NCBI GenBank assembly: GCA_017504785.1
Contig: JAFVQL010000081.1
Location: forward strand, 1 to 56,148
Source: Clostridia bacterium
GTDB taxonomy: Bacteria; Bacillota; Clostridia; Oscillospirales; CAG-272
Reading direction: 5' to 3'
Length of the DNA stretch: 56,148 bases
The notes under the pieces are model-generated. The model saw only the letters and a list, made by a program, of their open reading frames with translations. It ran no database searches and had not been told where the DNA came from. Shown one piece after another: positions 51,105-56,148 of the stretch. The stretch's first letter is position 1. Each line of letters opens with the position of its first letter. Made by a program: the position numbers and the translations under genes.

Positions 51105-51650
51105 TTATGAATCGAGTTCCTGTGCTTCGGTCCAAGCGTCTGCCGCGGTATCAAAGCCAAAGAACTGAACTGCGTAAGCCGTAAACTTCAAATCGAGGTT
51201 TGCACTCAGCGCATCGTACTCTCCCTTCGTACGGTTAGCGTTAGCAGTGACCGTGTTGCCCTTGATAACGGCAAAATCTGTGTCGGTTGCCGTTGCGCCC
51301 ACCTCGCGGTAGTAAACACCGGCTTCAAGGAGAGTCCAACCGTCGTCCACCGTATAGTTCAAAAACTCGTCGAAGTCTGCGGTCTTTTCAATTTTGATGA
51401 AAAGCCAGCAGTCTTCGCTGTTTGCTTTTACAGTTACCACAGGATCAACCGTGTACGTCTTACCGGGAACCATCTTGGACGCATTCAATTCGTTCTCCTG
51501 CCCAAGTTCAATGTTGATGTCACCGGCTGTAAAGGTGTTCGCTTTGGTATCGGTCTTCATGGACAGATAAGCGAGGGTTCCTGCGATTGAGCCTGCAACG
51601 AGCATTGCGGCACAAAGCGCGATCGTGAGTACCTTGTAAAACTTTTTCAT
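51105..51650 (-). CDS. SipW-dependent-type signal peptide protein (TasA/CalY-like)
   Basis: GSIAGTLAYLSMKTDTKANTFTAGDINIEL; MVPG....DPVVTVKANSEDCWLF; FTAYAVQ..GF; start taken at MKKFYK after AAGGA. Confidence 0.88.
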   Translation of the reverse strand: MKKFYKVLTIALCAAMLVAGSIAGTLAYLSMKTDTKANTFTAGDINIELGQENELNASKMVPGKTYTVDPVVTVKANSEDCWLFIKIEKTADFDEFLNYTVDDGWTLLEAGVYYREVGATATDTDFAVIKGNTVTANANRTKGEYDALSANLDLKFTAYAVQFFGFDTAADAWTEAQELDS

Positions 51651-51782
51651 GATTTTTTGTCCTTTCCAAAAAAATGTTGTTAGGATGTTTGGCGGATCAA
51701 AGTGCGATCGGTAGCACTTTGATTGTCGTCGTATATGAGTAAGCCTTTCGGCAAAGCTCCAAAGCTTGTTTCGCGGACCCAA

Positions 51783-52514
51783 TCATTGCGTGTGATCGTC
51801 CTGCGCGGCAGGGGGCTTGTTTGCGGTGGGAGATGTATTTGCGGTGGGAGGCTCGCCCTCGGCGGCTTCTTTCGGCGCAGGCATTTGATCCTCGGCGGAT
51901 TTCTTCGGCGTGCCACCGAATATTGTCATTGCGACCAAAAATACGCAAAAAACAATGGTTACGTACTTTCCCGGCGGGTTTTGCGTGAAGTGCGCGACGT
52001 AGCCGAGCAGGGGAATGGAGAAAACGGGCTTTCCGACAATGTTGGATGACCCTAAATTTCCGACGCCAAGCTTGCCGTCAAGCGTGTAGCCCGTAGGAGA
52101 ATTTTCGTTTTTGTTGTTAACACCGTAAGTGGTGTACATAACGATCGGGTTTCCCGCATCGTCCTTTGCAACCGTGGGTTGTCCGTTTTGGTCGAGCACG
52201 TATTCGCCGTACTGATTTTTAACGTAAGCCGGGCCGACGACCTCGTAGATCTTGTGCGTGACCTTCGTGCCCTTGCTGTCGATAACGTAGGTGACCGTAT
52301 CACCCGCCTTTAGGTTTTGCGCTTCCTGCGGGGTGATGGGCTTAACGTAGACGAGCGAGCCCGTCATGATTTCAGGTTCCATGGAGCCGGAGAGAACAAT
52401 GTGAGGCTCGATCCCGAACAGCCGAACGCCAACGAGCAGAACGACCAGCAAAATGAATGCACCCAAAGCAATTTGTGAGACGATATCGATCGCTCTTTTT
52501 ATTTTGCTTCTCAT
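51783..52514 (-). CDS. sipW: Signal peptidase I, ER/archaeal (SipW) type
   Basis: N-terminal TM, VLSGSMEP catalytic Ser, GDTVTY, VTHKI (His base), IVGK..FSIPLLGY, C-terminal TM; start at MRSKIK after AGGAGG. Confidence 0.88.
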   Translation of the reverse strand: MRSKIKRAIDIVSQIALGAFILLVVLLVGVRLFGIEPHIVLSGSMEPEIMTGSLVYVKPITPQEAQNLKAGDTVTYVIDSKGTKVTHKIYEVVGPAYVKNQYGEYVLDQNGQPTVAKDDAGNPIVMYTTYGVNNKNENSPTGYTLDGKLGVGNLGSSNIVGKPVFSIPLLGYVAHFTQNPPGKYVTIVFCVFLVAMTIFGGTPKKSAEDQMPAPKEAAEGEPPTANTSPTANKPPAAQDDHTQ

Positions 52515-52602
52515 TTGTCCCTCCTTTCTAACGTTTTCGGCGTTATGCCTTCGCACGTTCGTGCGCGCAATAAAAAAATACAAAAATCTTACCTGTATAT
52601 AC

Positions 52603-52631
52603 ATTATAATTTAATTTAAATGAATTGTCAA
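52603..52631 (-). promoter_or_regulatory. Perfect consensus sigma-A promoter for the sipW operon
   Basis: Minus strand TTGACA-17 nt-TATAAT, about 90 nt upstream of the sipW start. Confidence 0.8.
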
Positions 52632-52927
52632 TAGTTGCCTATAAAAAAACGAATCGCTTGTCGCTCGCTGCCTGTAAAAAGGGATAAAGCGCTTGGTGTT
52701 TTTTCGCTTTTTTGGGGGGCGGATATTCATAACGGAGCTCCGCCGTCGTGTAATAAACGAAAAATCGGCGGTGTCAGCTCCCAATTTTGGAGCGGCTCCG
52801 CCGGCGGTTTGCGCGCAAAAAGCTTACCTTGCCGCATCTGCCGCCGCAAGGGCGCGCGGTTGCGTGCAAGGCACGCGGATCTTACGGCTAGGCGTTATCC
52901 TTATCTCCGTTTATTTCTGTGAAAATC

Positions 52928-52956
52928 TTGATTCTTGCCGAGAAGAGTGGTATAAT
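52928..52956 (+). promoter_or_regulatory. Sigma-A-type promoter divergent from sipW
   Basis: TTGATT-17 nt-TATAAT with extended TG. Confidence 0.55.
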
Positions 52957-53332
52957 GTTAATAATAGCGGTATAGGCATGCTTATTTTTGCAAGGCGGCA
53001 AATGGCGGTCCGCTATAAAAAAACAGGCGGGAAAGAACAATAGATTGATATTTACTTTGCAGAATTTGGCGAGAGAAAAGCAAAGAATTCACTTCGAAAT
53101 CGCGAAAATTGCAAAGTATAGTTGTCAAATCCATGCCATTTGGCGCGAAAAATCACTACACATAGACGAACGAGATCCTCGTTTTTTGCCGAGCTGTTTT
53201 TCGCCGCAAGCGATGCAAGAAGGGATCTTTAAAAGTATATGAATGCGTTTGCATGAGAAACCGAAAAGAAAACAACTGTGATTAAAAAGCGGATGAACGA
53301 TTACAAAATTCATGAAATGAGAAGTCGGAGCA

Positions 53333-54076
53333 ATGAACGTTTTGAAGAAGCTATACGATAAAAGCAAAATATGGTTCGCTATCGCGTGGATTATAGCATA
53401 CTGTGTGCTGATGTCCGTGGGAGATGCTATCTCTGTTTCGATCGGAATAGATAAATCCGCGACTCTTGCCATAGGCATTGTCCTCTCGGTGATGCTTTTG
53501 CTGTTTTTGAAGAAGCACGGACTTTCCCGGGACTACGGACTTTGCGTACCAAAGGCTTCTGCGAAGTCCATGCTGTACTACGTACCAATTCTCGTAATGC
53601 TCACGGCAAACCTTTGGTATGGCGTGACCTTGAATTACGGTGCGCTTGAGACAGTTCTCTATATCTTGGCAATGCTTTGCGTTGGCTTTCTCGAGGAAGT
53701 GATCTTTCGCGGACTTCTCTTTGAGGCGATGCGAAGGGACAACGTGAAGGCGGCCATCATCGTTTCAAGCGTGACCTTCGGCTTCGGGCATATCATCAAT
53801 CTGATAAACGGCTCCGGCGCTGAACTACTTCCCAATCTGCTTCAGGTGTTGTATGCCACCGCAGCAGGTTTTATGTTTGTGATGATGTATTACAAATCAA
53901 AAAGTTTGGTTGTTTGCATTATCGCTCATGGTGTCTTCAATGCACTCAGCGTATTTGCAAATGAAGCAAACGCAACGGCAGAAATGCGAATGCTGACCGC
54001 AATTTTGCTTACCGTAATAACAGGCTCTTACGCGCTTTATCTCGCGTTTTCGATGAAAGGGAAAATGAATGATTAG
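53333..54076 (+). CDS. CPBP (Abi/CAAX) family intramembrane glutamic endopeptidase
   Basis: GFLEEVIFRG, FGFGH, AHGVFN motifs; multi-TM. Confidence 0.92.
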   Translation: MNVLKKLYDKSKIWFAIAWIIAYCVLMSVGDAISVSIGIDKSATLAIGIVLSVMLLLFLKKHGLSRDYGLCVPKASAKSMLYYVPILVMLTANLWYGVTLNYGALETVLYILAMLCVGFLEEVIFRGLLFEAMRRDNVKAAIIVSSVTFGFGHIINLINGSGAELLPNLLQVLYATAAGFMFVMMYYKSKSLVVCIIAHGVFNALSVFANEANATAEMRMLTAILLTVITGSYALYLAFSMKGKMND

Positions 54077-54353
54077 CCTATCGCCCATTTGACTACTAAA
54101 CATTGAATTTTCGTAGATAATGTGATATAATATTTTCTACGAAAGACGGTGAAATCATCTAGCGTAGTTTCACTTGTGGCGTATATGTTTTTACTTAAGA
54201 AAGAGAAGATCAATATATTGAAAGTTGAATGAATTTTGGCGGCAGAGCGATCTGCCGCCTTGTTGTTTACAGAATGATGTTGAAAGAGCACGCATTTTAT
54301 GGTATACTATTTATGTGAATAATACCGTGCAACAGCACAGAAGGAGATAGAAC

Positions 54354-54749
54354 ATGAAAAAACTGATACCGATATTATTATCCGCGCTGATGCTTACCGG
54401 ATGCGCCGGAACAAGCAATCATCAGACCAACACCTACCGTAGCATCACTATGGACGAGGCGGTGACCATGATGGCACAGGAGACCGGATACATCATTCTC
54501 GACGTGCGCCGTCCCGATGAGTATGCGGCAGGGCATATCCCGAATGCCATCAACGTGCCAAACGAAACCATCGGCACGGCAGAGATCGCCGAACTGCCCA
54601 ACAAGGATCAGCTCATTATGGTGTACTGCCGTAGCGGTCGCCGCAGTAAAGAGGCATCCGAGAAGCTTGTGAAGCTGGGCTACACGAATATCGTGGAGTT
54701 TGGCGGGATCCTGGATTGGAAGGGCGAGACTGTCACGGGGCAAAAATAA
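54354..54749 (+). CDS. Rhodanese-like domain lipoprotein
   Basis: Lipobox LTGC; LDVR..EY..GHIP.A; VYCRSGRRS; GGILDW. Confidence 0.93.
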   Translation: MKKLIPILLSALMLTGCAGTSNHQTNTYRSITMDEAVTMMAQETGYIILDVRRPDEYAAGHIPNAINVPNETIGTAEIAELPNKDQLIMVYCRSGRRSKEASEKLVKLGYTNIVEFGGILDWKGETVTGQK

Positions 54750-54779
54750 CACCGCCGGAGACAAAGAAAGGGAACTCAA

Positions 54780-55712
54780 ATGAGTAAATATAAAATCAGC
54801 CGGGAATTCTTTCCGTTTTCACATTTCACGCCGCCCATCAGCGAGAAATTTCTCGCTATGGCTGTGCCGCATATGAAAACGCCCAAATCCATTTTCAAGG
54901 ACAAGGAGCTTGCCGTGAGCCGTCACGAGATTCAAAGCTACGACGGCGAGAGCATCGAGTGCTTTCTGATGTCACCCAAGTCATTGGGAGATAACGCCCC
55001 GTGCCTTATCTACATTCACGGCGGCGGATTCGTGCTTGCGGCGGCAGGGTATCACTATAAGAACGCCATGCGGTACGCCAAGGAGGTGGGCTGTAAGGTC
55101 GTATTCGTGAATTACCGCCTCGCTCCGCAAAATCCCCATCCCGTATTCTTTGAGGATTGCTACGCCGCCATGTGCTGGGCTTACGACAACGCAGAAGCCC
55201 TCGGCATCGACATATCTCGCATCGGCATCGGCGGTGACAGCGCAGGCTCAACGCTCGCGGTTGGCGTGTGTATGATGGCAAGAGACAGACAGCATCCCAT
55301 AAAATTCGCCTTTCAGATGCTTCCGTATCCGTTTCTCGATATGCGAAATAACAGCGAGTCCTGCAAGAAATTCACCGACACACCCATGTGGAACTCTACG
55401 CTGTCAAGCCGTATCGCGCCCATGACAAAGGTAGATAGAAACAATCCAAACTTCGTCTATTATTCGCCCGTAGAAGCCGAGAGCTTTGAAGGTCTGCCAC
55501 TTGCCTATATTGAAACGGCGGAGTTTGATTGCCTGCACGATGACGGCATTCTGTACGCCGAGAAGCTTCGCGCGGCGGGTGTCGAGGTCACGCTCAACGA
55601 AACCAAAGGCACGATGCACGGCTTTGATATTATGCAGAAAGCAGAGACCACCAAGGCGGCACTTGCGGAGAGAATCGCGTTTATGAAAAAGGTTTTTGAG
55701 AACGGAAATTAA
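54780..55712 (+). CDS. Alpha/beta hydrolase, HSL-type esterase/lipase
   Basis: HGGGF, YRLAP, GDSAG, DCLHDD, HGF. Confidence 0.93.
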   Translation: MSKYKISREFFPFSHFTPPISEKFLAMAVPHMKTPKSIFKDKELAVSRHEIQSYDGESIECFLMSPKSLGDNAPCLIYIHGGGFVLAAAGYHYKNAMRYAKEVGCKVVFVNYRLAPQNPHPVFFEDCYAAMCWAYDNAEALGIDISRIGIGGDSAGSTLAVGVCMMARDRQHPIKFAFQMLPYPFLDMRNNSESCKKFTDTPMWNSTLSSRIAPMTKVDRNNPNFVYYSPVEAESFEGLPLAYIETAEFDCLHDDGILYAEKLRAAGVEVTLNETKGTMHGFDIMQKAETTKAALAERIAFMKKVFENGN

Positions 55713-55734
55713 GAATTTGCGGGGGAGAACGCAT

Positions 55735-56097
55735 ATGAAATATAAAGGAACGCTGATTGTTGTTCAAGATTGTAACCGTGCGTTAAAGTTCTATCGTGAT
55801 ATGTTCGGGCTTCAACTGCTTCAAGACAACGATGGGAATATGGAATTGACGAATCATTTATATTTACAGGAATTGGGATACTGGGAACAATTTACAAAAA
55901 GAGGCGTTATTCCAAACAGTAATCAGTCGGAGCTGTATTTTGAAGAGCCCAACATAGAACAATTTGTAGAGCGTCTTGAAACACTTTACCCTGAAATCGA
56001 ATATGTCAATCACCTGATGACCCACAGTTGGGGGCAAAAGGTGGTCAGATTCTATGATTTAGACGGAAATCTAATCGAAGTGGGAACACCTGTATAA
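55735..56097 (+). CDS. VOC / glyoxalase family protein
   Basis: ALKFY..MFGL, ELYFE, HSWGQKVVRFYDLDGNLIEVG; ATG at 55735 after GGAG. Confidence 0.9.
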   Translation: MKYKGTLIVVQDCNRALKFYRDMFGLQLLQDNDGNMELTNHLYLQELGYWEQFTKRGVIPNSNQSELYFEEPNIEQFVERLETLYPEIEYVNHLMTHSWGQKVVRFYDLDGNLIEVGTPV

Positions 56098-56148
56098 CTC
56101 AGTTTTGTAAATTGTTCCCAGTATCCCAATTCCTGTAAATATAAATGA

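Noticed and set aside
52515-52920. c-di-GMP riboswitch controlling the sipW operon
   Set aside because: The leader is about 85 nt and lacks recognisable class I or class II consensus elements.

Overview
Chromosomal window from a fairly GC-rich Clostridia-type (Bacillota) bacterium; the taxonomy is inferred from gene content and sigma-A promoters. Positions 1-6.5 kb hold the 3' part of a giant Ala/Lys/Glu-rich repeat protein (>2060 aa) with a single C-terminal membrane anchor. Positions 6.7-43.3 kb are mostly housekeeping: rimP-nusA-ylxR-ylxQ-infB (nusA carries one in-frame TAA), a YhaN-like ATPase, rbsK, miaA, galK, recA-recX, a glpA-like oxidoreductase operon, a Na/Pi cotransporter, xpt, a nucleoside ABC transporter and fba. 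Positions 43.8-52.6 kb (minus strand) form the most striking locus: a SipW-type signal peptidase, four TasA/CalY-like proteins with SipW-type signal peptides, and a 1742-aa secreted protein with InlB B-like repeats, a Cys/His-rich array and no recognisable wall anchor. This is a candidate sortase-independent fibre/pilus system with an adhesin. A 220-310 nt non-coding element made of TGATGT-hairpin / hairpin-ACATCA modules occurs three times (about 12.0, 28.1 and 43.5 kb) with compensatory base changes. A second, unrelated palindromic element is tandemly repeated before recA. No rRNA, tRNA, CRISPR array or transposase was recognised.
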